DNA of 64,000 nucleotides from Alphaproteobacteria bacterium (GTDB lineage Bacteria; Pseudomonadota; Alphaproteobacteria; CALMVH01): NCBI GenBank assembly GCA_965199335.1, contig CBDAQZ010000004.1, positions 128,666 to 192,665 of the forward strand, read 5' to 3'. Shown piece by piece: positions 55,875 to 64,000 of this stretch (position 1 is its first letter; each line of letters starts with the position of its first letter). The notes under the pieces were generated by a model. It saw only the letters and a program-made list of their open reading frames with translations, ran no database searches and was not told where the DNA came from. The position numbers and the translations under genes were made by a program.

Positions 55875-57434
55875 TTACCGGGGCGTGCAATCGGGAACCG
55901 GCTGGCCCGACAGGACGGCAAAACTGCGGTCGGGCCCCAGCGCCAGGCCGGTCACCGCCCCCGTGGGAACGCAGCCGCCCTGTGGTTTCATGGCAAACCC
56001 CGTCTTTGCCCTGGTGCCGAAACGCTGGCGGATGTCGCCAGGCGAGAACCACGTCGCGCCTGCATCCAGCAACCGGCCGTTCTGGAAAAGCGCCACGGAC
56101 ATCACACCTTTACTCGTACGCGTATCGACCGCCCAGCCGGCGACCTGGAACGCATCGTCGCTGATCCCGGCCCTGTCGATCGCGCCTTGTAAAGCGGGCG
56201 ATTCGGAGAATCCGGCGGCAAGCGCCGCCTGACGTATCTGCCCGATGGTGGCAAGCGGCCCATGGCCGGCGATCTGCGCCGCCAGCGCCCTTGCGGCATC
56301 CTCCCTGCGCGCGACGACATGCAGCTTCCAGCCGGCAGGGACTGCCATGGCCAGCATGAACACAAGAAAAAGTCCGGCCGCGATCCGCAGGTGACCCTGG
56401 CGTGCGTTGTTCACAAGCGCTTTAAGGCGGCGGTACAATCCCATGTCCAGCCGGCCCAGCACGATCGCGCATGCCAGCGTCAAAACCAGCGCCATGCCCC
56501 ATAGCACCGGGTACGAAACCCCATGCACCGACGAATAAAGCGAATAGATCACCGGCACATGCACCAGGTAGAGCGCGTAGCTGTAATCGCCGAGCGCCGC
56601 CATCGCCACCCCGGCCCGGTTGCGCCCGAAATCCGGCCAGCGCACCGAAAGCCCGATCGTACCCGCCACCACCAGGGTCGCGCCGATGCCAAACAGCCAG
56701 CGCGTGGCATCGATGCCCGGCGTATAGACAGTATAGATCGGCCACGCCGCCAGGCCGACGGCCAGCAGCAGCCAGGGCGGCAGCCTGAAGCGCAGCAGGC
56801 TGGGGATCAGCAGGCCGCCCGCCATGCCGACATTCTCGCACACGGTCAGGATGCGCTGAACCGGATAGGTCAGCTCGCCCTGGTCGGGTCGCAGGATGCT
56901 GAACCCCGCCAGAAGCGCCAGCCATGCCAGCGCGACGAGTGGCAGCCGGCGCGCCTGCCCGCACAGGGCGACCAGGAACAGGGTGACATAGAACGTGACC
57001 TCGAACACCAGCGTCCATTCGACCCGCAGCGGGTATTTGGCGGTGTTGCCGACCGGCGCAAGGGACAGGGCAGCCAGATTCAGCCTGACCGGCTGGTGCA
57101 GGATATATTCCACCAGGCAGTACAGGGCGGCGACGATGAAGAAGATCGGATAGATGCGAACCACGCGATGCGCCAGGAAGATCACCGGCTGCTGCACCTT
57201 GATCGCCGTCGCCATCAGATAGCCGGAGATGGCGAAGAACAGCGACACGCCCGCCGCGCCCAAACGGCCGTCCAGCACGTTGAGGAACGTATTGTCCTTG
57301 AGCAGGATCACGCCGTAAACGGAGGCGTGAAACAGCACGACCATGATCGCCGCCGCTGCGCGCAGCCATTGTATGTGCAGGTTGCGCTGCCTGCCCGCCG
57401 GATGCGGGATTTCGGTGAAAACCTCGCCGGTCAT
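55875..57434 (-). CDS. Acyltransferase family 3 (OafA/YrhL-type) membrane protein with C-terminal extracytoplasmic domain
   Basis: 519 aa; LHIQWLRAAAAIMVVLFH...LFFAISGYLM...HRVVRIYP acyl_transf_3 signature; about 10 TM helices plus a roughly 150-aa soluble tail. Confidence 0.8.
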   Translation of the reverse strand: MTGEVFTEIPHPAGRQRNLHIQWLRAAAAIMVVLFHASVYGVILLKDNTFLNVLDGRLGAAGVSLFFAISGYLMATAIKVQQPVIFLAHRVVRIYPIFFIVAALYCLVEYILHQPVRLNLAALSLAPVGNTAKYPLRVEWTLVFEVTFYVTLFLVALCGQARRLPLVALAWLALLAGFSILRPDQGELTYPVQRILTVCENVGMAGGLLIPSLLRFRLPPWLLLAVGLAAWPIYTVYTPGIDATRWLFGIGATLVVAGTIGLSVRWPDFGRNRAGVAMAALGDYSYALYLVHVPVIYSLYSSVHGVSYPVLWGMALVLTLACAIVLGRLDMGLYRRLKALVNNARQGHLRIAAGLFLVFMLAMAVPAGWKLHVVARREDAARALAAQIAGHGPLATIGQIRQAALAAGFSESPALQGAIDRAGISDDAFQVAGWAVDTRTSKGVMSVALFQNGRLLDAGATWFSPGDIRQRFGTRAKTGFAMKPQGGCVPTGAVTGLALGPDRSFAVLSGQPVPDCTPR

Positions 57435-59023
57435 GGCTGCGCGCAGGTCAGGGGCGGCTGCGGATTTTGCAGGATGGCGAACGCCTTGTTCTCGGTGAAG
57501 CCCAGCACTGTCACCGGCCCGCCGTCACAGGGCGTCACAGCACCCAGCCGGTAGCCCGTCATGGCGTGGGTATGGAAGTGGCGGCTGATATCGTCGCGCG
57601 AAACGCCGGCGGCGGATACGCCGAGCAGGACGCCATCCTGGAAGACCGCCACCGATACCGGCCTGCCGTGCTTGCCGGCATCGACCGCCCAGCCCTCGAC
57701 CGACAAATTGCCCTTTTCCCATGCGATCCTGTCCACCGTGCCGATCAGCGCCGTGGATCTAGCGAAGCCTGCCTTGGCGGCGGCTGCCTCTATCTCCTCC
57801 TGCGTGGCGAAAGGACCGCTGATCGCGATCACCGGCGCCATCTGCGTGGCGAAAGCCTGCGCGGCGATGCCGAGATGGCGCGCATACAGCTCGCCCAGCG
57901 AGACCCACAGGAACATCGCCAGGAAAACCATCACGCCGGCGACACGCCAGCCGGGCCGGGCGGTGTTGGTCAGCCGCTTGAGATGACGGTACAGCCAGAC
58001 ATCCACCCGCCCGACCAGCAGCGATACCGTAAGCGCGGCCGGTACGACGATCAGCCATAGCCATTCGAAAGCCAGCCCATGGATCTTGACGTAGACGAAA
58101 TGGATGATCGGGACATGCACCAGATACAGGGCGAAGCTGTAATCGCCGAACCGCGCCAGCGCGCGCCCGATGCGATTGTCGCCCTGTTCCGGCGTGCGTT
58201 GCGACTGGCCGACCGCCCCGGCCACGATCAGGATGGCGGACAGCGCCGACAGCCAGCGCAGCAGGTCGTTTTCGACCGGCAGATAGCCGTAGACCGGCAG
58301 GAAAATTCCCAAACCGACGATCAGGAACACCCATGGCGGCAGCTTCGTCCGCAGCAATACCGGCACCAGCAACCCGCCCGCCATCGCGGCGGCTTCGGAT
58401 GTCCGCAACAGGGTCGTCAGCAGGAACTTGCTGTCGGTCTGGGACCAGCTTGTCGCGGCGAGATAGAGAAACCACGCGCCGGCGATCCATTCGATCCGCT
58501 TGCCCGCACCCAGCAAGGCGACCAGGAACAGGGCGACATAGAATGCGACCTCGAACACCAGCGTCCATTCGATGCCCAGCGGGTAGTCGGGACTGCCGGC
58601 AGGAGAGAGGGACAACGCGTTCCAGTCGACCGGCACCGGCATGTGCAGCAGCCAGGCGGCCAGGTAATAGGCGCCGCAGACGCCTAGGAACGTCGGATAG
58701 ATCCTGACCACGCGGTGCGACAGGAACAGGAACGGCGTCTGCACCCGCACCGCGACCGACATCAGGTAGCCCGATATGGCGAAGAACAGCGCCACGGGGA
58801 AATAGGCCAGCCGCCCATCGAAGACGGTCAGGACGCCTTCATAGTGGGCTATGCCGGCAGTCTGGTAGATCGAGGCGTGATACAGCACGACCAGAAACGC
58901 CGCCAGGGCGCGCAGCCATTGTATGTGGAGATTCTTCGACTTGCCGCCGCCGTGCGGAACCAACGCCGAGACGTTTTCGCTGTCCGCCATGTGCTGAATG
59001 CTCATCCTGGGCGCAGCTAACAC
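57431..59023 (-). CDS. Acyltransferase family 3 membrane protein, paralog of 55875..57434
   Basis: 530 aa; LHIQWLRALAAFLVVLYH...LFFAISGYLM...HRVVRIYP; 4-nt overlap with the downstream paralog; start may be one of the internal Met residues (M7/M12). Confidence 0.8.
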   Translation of the reverse strand: MLAAPRMSIQHMADSENVSALVPHGGGKSKNLHIQWLRALAAFLVVLYHASIYQTAGIAHYEGVLTVFDGRLAYFPVALFFAISGYLMSVAVRVQTPFLFLSHRVVRIYPTFLGVCGAYYLAAWLLHMPVPVDWNALSLSPAGSPDYPLGIEWTLVFEVAFYVALFLVALLGAGKRIEWIAGAWFLYLAATSWSQTDSKFLLTTLLRTSEAAAMAGGLLVPVLLRTKLPPWVFLIVGLGIFLPVYGYLPVENDLLRWLSALSAILIVAGAVGQSQRTPEQGDNRIGRALARFGDYSFALYLVHVPIIHFVYVKIHGLAFEWLWLIVVPAALTVSLLVGRVDVWLYRHLKRLTNTARPGWRVAGVMVFLAMFLWVSLGELYARHLGIAAQAFATQMAPVIAISGPFATQEEIEAAAAKAGFARSTALIGTVDRIAWEKGNLSVEGWAVDAGKHGRPVSVAVFQDGVLLGVSAAGVSRDDISRHFHTHAMTGYRLGAVTPCDGGPVTVLGFTENKAFAILQNPQPPLTCAQP

Positions 59024-59051
59024 GCAAGTGGCGACATATCAATGGCCATTG

Positions 59052-59158
59052 CCCTCTTCCAGCGGGAGAGGGTTGGATGAGAGGGCTGATTGATTATTAA
59101 CTAACGCTCACCTGTCCCTTTATTTATGAAAAGGGCCGACCTTTCCCACAGGGAGAGG
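59052..59158. repeat. Composite REP-like element: CCCTCTTCCAGCGGGAGAGGG ... AT-rich hairpin CCCTTTATTTATGAAAAGGG ... CCTTTCCCACAGGGAGAGG
   Basis: Read directly between the acyltransferase and yqgE-like genes; same core family as 1436-1532 and 50630. Confidence 0.5.
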
Positions 59159-59164
59159 TTTAAG

Positions 59165-59821
59165 TCACGCGTGGCCGGCTTCCTCGGACAGCATCAGGGG
59201 ATTGATGCCCAGCGCGCCCAATGCCCGCTCCCATTTGGTGTCCAGATCGTCGTCGAACAGCAATTCCGGCTGGGCGGGGGCGGACAGCCAGCCGTTCGAA
59301 TGGATTTCGGCATCCAGCTGACCTGGCCCCCAGCCGGAATAGCCGAGCGCGAACAGGCTGTTCCGGGGACCGTGCCCCTCGGCCATGGCGCGCAATATGT
59401 CGAGGGTGCTGGTCAGCCCGATCCCGTCCGGCAGGACCAGCGTGTCCGAGCGCACGAAGTCGGTGGAGTGCAGCACGAAGCCGCGGCCGGATTCCACCGG
59501 GCCGCCGAAATGCACCTGGCGATTGGCCGCGATGTCGCCCGGCGGTATCCCCAGCTGGCTCAGTAGCTCGCTGAAGGTAACGGCGCCGAAGGTCCGGTTC
59601 AGTACCAGCCCCATCGCGCCCTCGCTGCTGTGCGAGCAGATGTAGAGCACGGTACGCTGGAACCGGGGATCGAGCATGGTCGGCATGGCGATCAGTATCT
59701 GCCCGCCCAGATACCCGCTCTCCCGCGCCGCTTTCTGCTTCGGATCCTCTATAGCCACACGCCGTTCCTTCGCAGCCTTTATACAGCACGATAAGATAAT
59801 GCCCCGCCGGGCGCCCGGCAA
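59165..59821 (-). CDS. YqgE/AlgH-family protein (UPF0301)
   Basis: LGGQILIAMPTMLDPRFQRTVLYICSHSSEGAMGLVLNR is the YqgE signature; the real start is probably a non-ATG codon about 30 codons inside the ORF. Confidence 0.8.
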   Translation of the reverse strand: MPGARRGIILSCCIKAAKERRVAIEDPKQKAARESGYLGGQILIAMPTMLDPRFQRTVLYICSHSSEGAMGLVLNRTFGAVTFSELLSQLGIPPGDIAANRQVHFGGPVESGRGFVLHSTDFVRSDTLVLPDGIGLTSTLDILRAMAEGHGPRNSLFALGYSGWGPGQLDAEIHSNGWLSAPAQPELLFDDDLDTKWERALGALGINPLMLSEEAGHA

Positions 59822-59895
59822 CGCCGTAGTTCAAAAATCCGGACAAAGAAAAAGGGCGGTATGATCCCGCCCTTTCTCTCGTCTGTCTGCCGATG

Positions 59896-60357
59896 TTATG
59901 CGGCGGCGCGCTTCAGCGCCGACATCTGGTCGTGTCCGGCTCTGATCGGGCTGTAGCAGCGCTCGATCGTCGCCTGCGTCTCGGGGGACAGCTCGGGATT
60001 GGCCATCGCCTTTTCGAAGGCACCCTTGATCACGTCCTCGCCGCGCTCGACCTCGTTGATCGTCGCCTTGGCATCGTCGCTCACCATGGCGCGTACGTCC
60101 ATGACCAGGCGATGCGCCGAGCCGGCAATCGTGCCGTGCTCGTGCGGGGTGCCGTTCAAGCTGGTGATCTCGGCCGTCAGCTCGCTGGCGACCTGGTCGC
60201 GCTCGGTAGCACGGGTGTGGAATATCTGCGCCAGGCTCGGCGTCTTGCAGGTATCGGCAGCCTCGCGGTAGCCCTTGGCGCTGTCCAGACACAGCGACAG
60301 CAGATTGTTCATCACATCGATATCTTTGGTGCGGTCTTCGTTGCTCATTGTACTCAT
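59896..60357 (-). CDS. PA2169/DUF2383-family ferritin-like four-helix-bundle protein
   Basis: 153 aa; IDVMNNLLSLCLDSAKGYREAAD ... HTRATERDQ ... pattern. Confidence 0.65.
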   Translation of the reverse strand: MSTMSNEDRTKDIDVMNNLLSLCLDSAKGYREAADTCKTPSLAQIFHTRATERDQVASELTAEITSLNGTPHEHGTIAGSAHRLVMDVRAMVSDDAKATINEVERGEDVIKGAFEKAMANPELSPETQATIERCYSPIRAGHDQMSALKRAAA

Positions 60358-60499
60358 CCTTAGTGTCGTTTGAAGCTGTTTATAGAACGCGAAACAGACG
60401 ACAAGCGTTCCGAATTAAAGAAATTAACTTCTTGCTAATAATTTAGCCATGGTTTAACCTCCGCCCATTACTGTGGTTTGAATAACTGATGGTGAAATC

Positions 60500-61540
60500 A
60501 TGGATATCTGGACGCTTTCCCTGGACGGAAACAATGCGACACGCAGGCAGGTGGTCGGTCTTGCGACCGCGCTGCAGGCGATGCTGGGAGCGGATGAAAC
60601 CACAGTCCAGCCTATTCAGGTGAACAAACCCGCCAATGCGGTGACCCTGCCGAACAATACCATCGTCACCTGGACGACGGTCCCGGATACCCACGAGTTG
60701 AAGAATCTTACCTGCAGCAAGGGATCGCTCAATGAGCCATGGCCCGATCTGGTCGTCGCCTGCCGCCCCGAAGTCGCCGCCGTGGCGCTTGCGATCAAGG
60801 CCGCGAGCGGAGGCCAGACCCAAATCGTGCAAATCCAGGATCCGAACGACAAGACCGGCACCTACAATTTCGACCGTGGCCAGTTCGACCTGATCGTGAA
60901 GCAATCGCAGGAAGCCGTCACCGGCGCCAACGTGATCGCCAGCCAGCTGCCGCTGCACGACCTGACGCGTGAGACACTGGCGCAATGGCGTGAGGAAGGG
61001 CTGGAAAAACTTCCCAAATACCGCACCGAACCGGCAACGGTGGTCCTGATCGGCGGCAGCGACGAGCATGTCAGCCTTGATGCGAACGATTTCGCCAATT
61101 TCGGCGCCGACATCGCCAAGCTGGCCGTGAATGCCGGCGATATCTTCGTACTGTCGTCGCGCCGCACGACCGAGGAGCAGAAGGCTGCGTTCATGGACGC
61201 GATCAAGGATAGTCCGAACGTGTTCTTCGACGATCCGCGCCTGTCCTACAACAACGCGCTCGGGATCGGCAGCAGCTTCGTGTCCGACGCGGGCAGCGGC
61301 TCGATGGGCGCCGAGGTCGAATTTACCGGCGCACCATGGTCCTTCTATTCCTATCGCGGAAAACTGCAGGAGCATCCGCAGATGCTTGTCTGGCCCGAGG
61401 TAAAGGCCGCGGAACTACCGATGTTCGGGCCACCGCAGCCCGTGGGCGCCGCCAACGAAGCGCCGGCAATCGCACGGCAGGTCGTTGAGCTCTTGCACCT
61501 GCCGGTGAAAGCAACGACCGCGTCCAACGATCTTGCGTGA
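60500..61540 (+). CDS. Conserved hypothetical protein, possibly ELM1 (mitochondrial fission) family / DUF1022
   Basis: 346 aa; the size and architecture (WTLSLDGNNA..., VVLIGGSD) suggest ELM1-like proteins; weak. Confidence 0.4.
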   Translation: MDIWTLSLDGNNATRRQVVGLATALQAMLGADETTVQPIQVNKPANAVTLPNNTIVTWTTVPDTHELKNLTCSKGSLNEPWPDLVVACRPEVAAVALAIKAASGGQTQIVQIQDPNDKTGTYNFDRGQFDLIVKQSQEAVTGANVIASQLPLHDLTRETLAQWREEGLEKLPKYRTEPATVVLIGGSDEHVSLDANDFANFGADIAKLAVNAGDIFVLSSRRTTEEQKAAFMDAIKDSPNVFFDDPRLSYNNALGIGSSFVSDAGSGSMGAEVEFTGAPWSFYSYRGKLQEHPQMLVWPEVKAAELPMFGPPQPVGAANEAPAIARQVVELLHLPVKATTASNDLA

Positions 61541-61590
61541 TACCGCCTGAAACAAACATGCCGCCCCTAAGGACGGCATGTCAAATCACG

Positions 61591-62148
61591 TCAGGCTGGC
61601 TGGCCTTCCTGGACCAGTGAGCGGATGTACTTCCAGTCGCGTTTATTTGTCGCCTGCAGCTGAACGATCGGGTCCTGAAGCGCAATCTCCTCGCGCGTAG
61701 CCGGTATAAGTTCCGCCAGTGTCTCGGCCTTCGTGCCCGTAAGCTTCTGGGCAAAACTCTTCGCCCTGAAGCTGGAGGGGAAATCGTCCTCGCTTGCACC
61801 CTTTTTGAGGAATGGTGCAATTTCGTTCACGGTTACACGAACGGGTTTGCCATCCGCGCCATTGAAGGTAACTCCGACATTCTGGAGCAAGATAGCCGAA
61901 GCCCATTCCCGTTTTTCGAATTCCCACTCGACGGGCGAGACACCATCTCCCTTGCTACCACCACTAAAGACGAAAAAATCCTGAGCCCCGTCCAGGACCA
62001 GCCCCGTATCCATGTTTACGATCGGCGCAATTTCGCTCAGGTAATATCGACCCTGTTGCAGGCGGCGTTGCGAGATAGGATCGTCCATTCCCAGGCTATA
62101 GTTCGGCTCTGCATTCGGCCCGTCGACGTTTTGTACTTTCTTAGCCAT
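61591..62148 (-). CDS. Hypothetical protein, member of a tandem paralog pair (185 aa)
   Basis: About 45% identical to 62173..62763 (shared blocks YLSEIAPIV, AILLQ.VGVT, NEIAPFLK, QDPIVQLQ); lower GC. Confidence 0.5.
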   Translation of the reverse strand: MAKKVQNVDGPNAEPNYSLGMDDPISQRRLQQGRYYLSEIAPIVNMDTGLVLDGAQDFFVFSGGSKGDGVSPVEWEFEKREWASAILLQNVGVTFNGADGKPVRVTVNEIAPFLKKGASEDDFPSSFRAKSFAQKLTGTKAETLAELIPATREEIALQDPIVQLQATNKRDWKYIRSLVQEGQPA

Positions 62149-62172
62149 CGATCTTTCCGAAAATAAATTGAG

Positions 62173-62763
62173 TTAGACAGGCTGCGCGTCAAGGTTCGTT
62201 TCGTAAATCTGACGCCAGTCTTTTTCATTCAGCTTCTGTAACTGAACAATCGGGTCCTGCCGGTAAATCGCCAGATGGGCTTCACCTGCAAGCTCCTCAA
62301 AAGGCATCGTGTTGAAACCGACAAGTTTGTCCGCCAGAAGCTGCGATTGTACCGGATCGGCGAAATCTTTGCGCTGTGGATCGTCCTTCAGGAACGGCGC
62401 AATCTCGTTAATGGTCACATTGATCGGAGTGCCGTCCTCGGCCTGCAATGTAACGCCGACTTTCTGCAGCAAAATAGCGGAAGACCAGTTCCGCTTTTCA
62501 CCTTCCCATATACCCGGACCAATGCCGTCGTTGCTGAGGCCATAGAAAGCGACAAAGTCGTGAACGCCTTCGGGAACTGGCCTTACGACTTCCATCGCTA
62601 CGATCGGAGCAATTTCGCTAAGATAGAATTGGCCGTTTCCAATGCGGCGCTGCCACACGGGGTCGTCTCCCACACTAAAGTTATGTTCTGCGTTCGGGAA
62701 ATCGAGTTCCTGTTTTTCGACCATTTGTAGCTCCAGAATTAATATTTGACCAATCGTTAGCAC
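62173..62763 (-). CDS. Hypothetical protein, member of a tandem paralog pair (196 aa; start may be M14 at 62724)
   Basis: Paralog of 61591..62148. Confidence 0.5.
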   Translation of the reverse strand: MLTIGQILILELQMVEKQELDFPNAEHNFSVGDDPVWQRRIGNGQFYLSEIAPIVAMEVVRPVPEGVHDFVAFYGLSNDGIGPGIWEGEKRNWSSAILLQKVGVTLQAEDGTPINVTINEIAPFLKDDPQRKDFADPVQSQLLADKLVGFNTMPFEELAGEAHLAIYRQDPIVQLQKLNEKDWRQIYETNLDAQPV

Positions 62764-62817
62764 AATGTAAATTACGCTTCAAGAATTTTGTTAGATTTAC
62801 ATTTCAGTAACTATTTC

Positions 62818-63477
62818 TTATTCGTTCAACATCGCCGGTATCCGTGCCATCAGCTTGTTCCAGCCTTCGGTCGGGTGGTGGCCGGTGCTGTCTGAACGCA
62901 GGATGAAGTTCTTGTCCACCAGCTGGAAGCCGGGGATCATGTCGTAGCTGCTCTGGTTGACCAGCGACTGCCCGCCTGCCAGCACGTAGACGTTGGGATC
63001 GTTGTCGTAGCCGAAATGGGCCGCCCAGGCCTGCGCGTCGGCAGGGGTGGGTCCCTGCATCGACATGCTGTACAGCAGCAGCTCGATATGGATCAGGCGC
63101 GGGTCGTCGAAGGAAGCGCCGGGTGCATCGTACTTGAAATTGTCCGCCGCCGACCTGACGTCGCTTTCCGGCGGCGTGCCCTGGAACCCGCCCTTGGCCT
63201 TGCCGCCGGCCAGCGCGTTCGATGCCGGGCAGTTCATGCCGACCGGCTCGATCAGGATGACCTTGCCCTTGAAATCGGAAAGCCGCGTCAGCTCGCCGCG
63301 CTGGTTCATCAGCACCAAGTCGGGATAGGGCTGGCCCAACTGCGGCGGCCACTGCACGGCGCTCGGATCGTTGGGCAGCGAAATGGTGCTGGTGTTTTCG
63401 GCCAGGGCACTCTGCGACAGGAGGATAAGAAGGCTGGCGGCGGCCGCTCTGGCCGCGGTACTCAGGGATGCTTTCAT
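62818..63477 (-). CDS. Secreted thioredoxin-fold (redoxin/SCO-like) protein
   Basis: 219 aa; signal peptide; ILIEPVGMNCPASNA contains a single Cys in a CxxS-like position; weak. Confidence 0.4.
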   Translation of the reverse strand: MKASLSTAARAAAASLLILLSQSALAENTSTISLPNDPSAVQWPPQLGQPYPDLVLMNQRGELTRLSDFKGKVILIEPVGMNCPASNALAGGKAKGGFQGTPPESDVRSAADNFKYDAPGASFDDPRLIHIELLLYSMSMQGPTPADAQAWAAHFGYDNDPNVYVLAGGQSLVNQSSYDMIPGFQLVDKNFILRSDSTGHHPTEGWNKLMARIPAMLNE

Positions 63478-63506
63478 CGAACGCTCCTGTTATTTTCGGC
63501 AGGGTA

Positions 63507-63953
63507 TTACACCTGCCGCATCAACTCAATCTCCCGCCGCGCCAGCTCGTCGCAGCGTTCGTTCTCCGGATGACCGGCATGGCCCTTGACCCACAGCCAT
63601 TCGACCAGATGCAAGCCGACGGCCTGGTCCAGGCGCTGCCACAAATCCTGGTTCTTCACCGGCTGCTTGCCGGCGGTCTTCCAGCCGCGCGCCTTCCAGC
63701 CCTTCAGCCACTCGGAAATACCCTGCTGGACGTATTTACTGTCCGTCGTCAGTCGCACGCGGCAAGGCTTTTTCAACGCCTCCAGCGCGGCGATGGCGGC
63801 CATCAGCTCCATGCGGTTGTTGGTGGTCGGGTCCTCGCCGCCGCTGACTTCCTTCTCGCTGTCGCCGAAGCGCAGTATCGCCGCCCAGCCGCCCGGCCCG
63901 GGATTGCCGCTGCACGCCCCATCGGTCCAGATTTCGACAAGCGGCAGGGTCAT
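63507..63953 (-). CDS. rnhA: Ribonuclease HI
   Basis: 148 aa; [32 protein letters not shown], catalytic DSKYV and GH.G..NE.CDELA. Confidence 0.9.
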   Translation of the reverse strand: MTLPLVEIWTDGACSGNPGPGGWAAILRFGDSEKEVSGGEDPTTNNRMELMAAIAALEALKKPCRVRLTTDSKYVQQGISEWLKGWKARGWKTAGKQPVKNQDLWQRLDQAVGLHLVEWLWVKGHAGHPENERCDELARREIELMRQV

Positions 63954-64000
63954 TCGTACAGTCCGTATTCGGCCGGCGATTTTATCGCCTGGTGGAACTT

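Noticed and set aside
63954-64000. Possible 3' end of a further minus-strand gene upstream of rnhA
   Set aside because: Too little sequence (fewer than 50 nt) to call a product.

Overview
This 64 kb window is high-GC (about 60-63%) and looks like alphaproteobacterial chromosome; the gene order (tsaD-gpsA, carA, cbpA-cbpM-dnaG-rpoD, metG, an hpnA-B-C-D-E-shc hopanoid cluster, a MerR-thiolase-hydroxyacyl-CoA dehydrogenase/hydratase-acyl-CoA dehydrogenase fatty-acid beta-oxidation operon, htpG, a LexA-box-preceded dinB-like gene, a SUV3-like helicase, rnhA) is typical of Rhodospirillales/Acetobacteraceae-like organisms, which is an inference only. About 60 CDS can be supported, plus one tRNA-Thr(UGU); I saw no rRNA and no CRISPR array. 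The housekeeping backbone is interrupted by several accessory-looking segments. (1) Four translationally coupled paralogous genes (6063-12290) each encode a TPR-repeat protein with a glycosyltransferase-family-9 (heptosyltransferase)-like domain, and sit between carA and the GatB/YqeY gene. (2) A three-gene module (32212-36333) next to tRNA-Thr resembles the Dot/Icm type-IVB coupling-protein pair DotM(IcmP)/DotL(IcmO), with no other secretion-system genes in the window. (3) An AT-rich island (about 44950-46860) carries a SIR2-family protein that is a candidate anti-phage NADase. (4) An 83-codon GIY-YIG nuclease gene lies inside the beta-oxidation operon, bracketed by about 25-36 bp imperfect terminal inverted repeats. 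(5) A palindromic REP-like repeat family (CCTCTCCCACRGGGAGAGG) recurs at five sites, and a second hairpin family starts GTCATYC. (6) Further items are a tandem pair of acyltransferase-3 paralogs, a tandem pair of unknown paralogs, and several low-GC ORFans. Long antisense ORFs in the six-frame track are high-GC artefacts. Coordinates taken from the ORF table are exact; those read from the raw sequence (tRNA, repeats, small ORF, terminator, LexA box) may be off by 1-2 nt.
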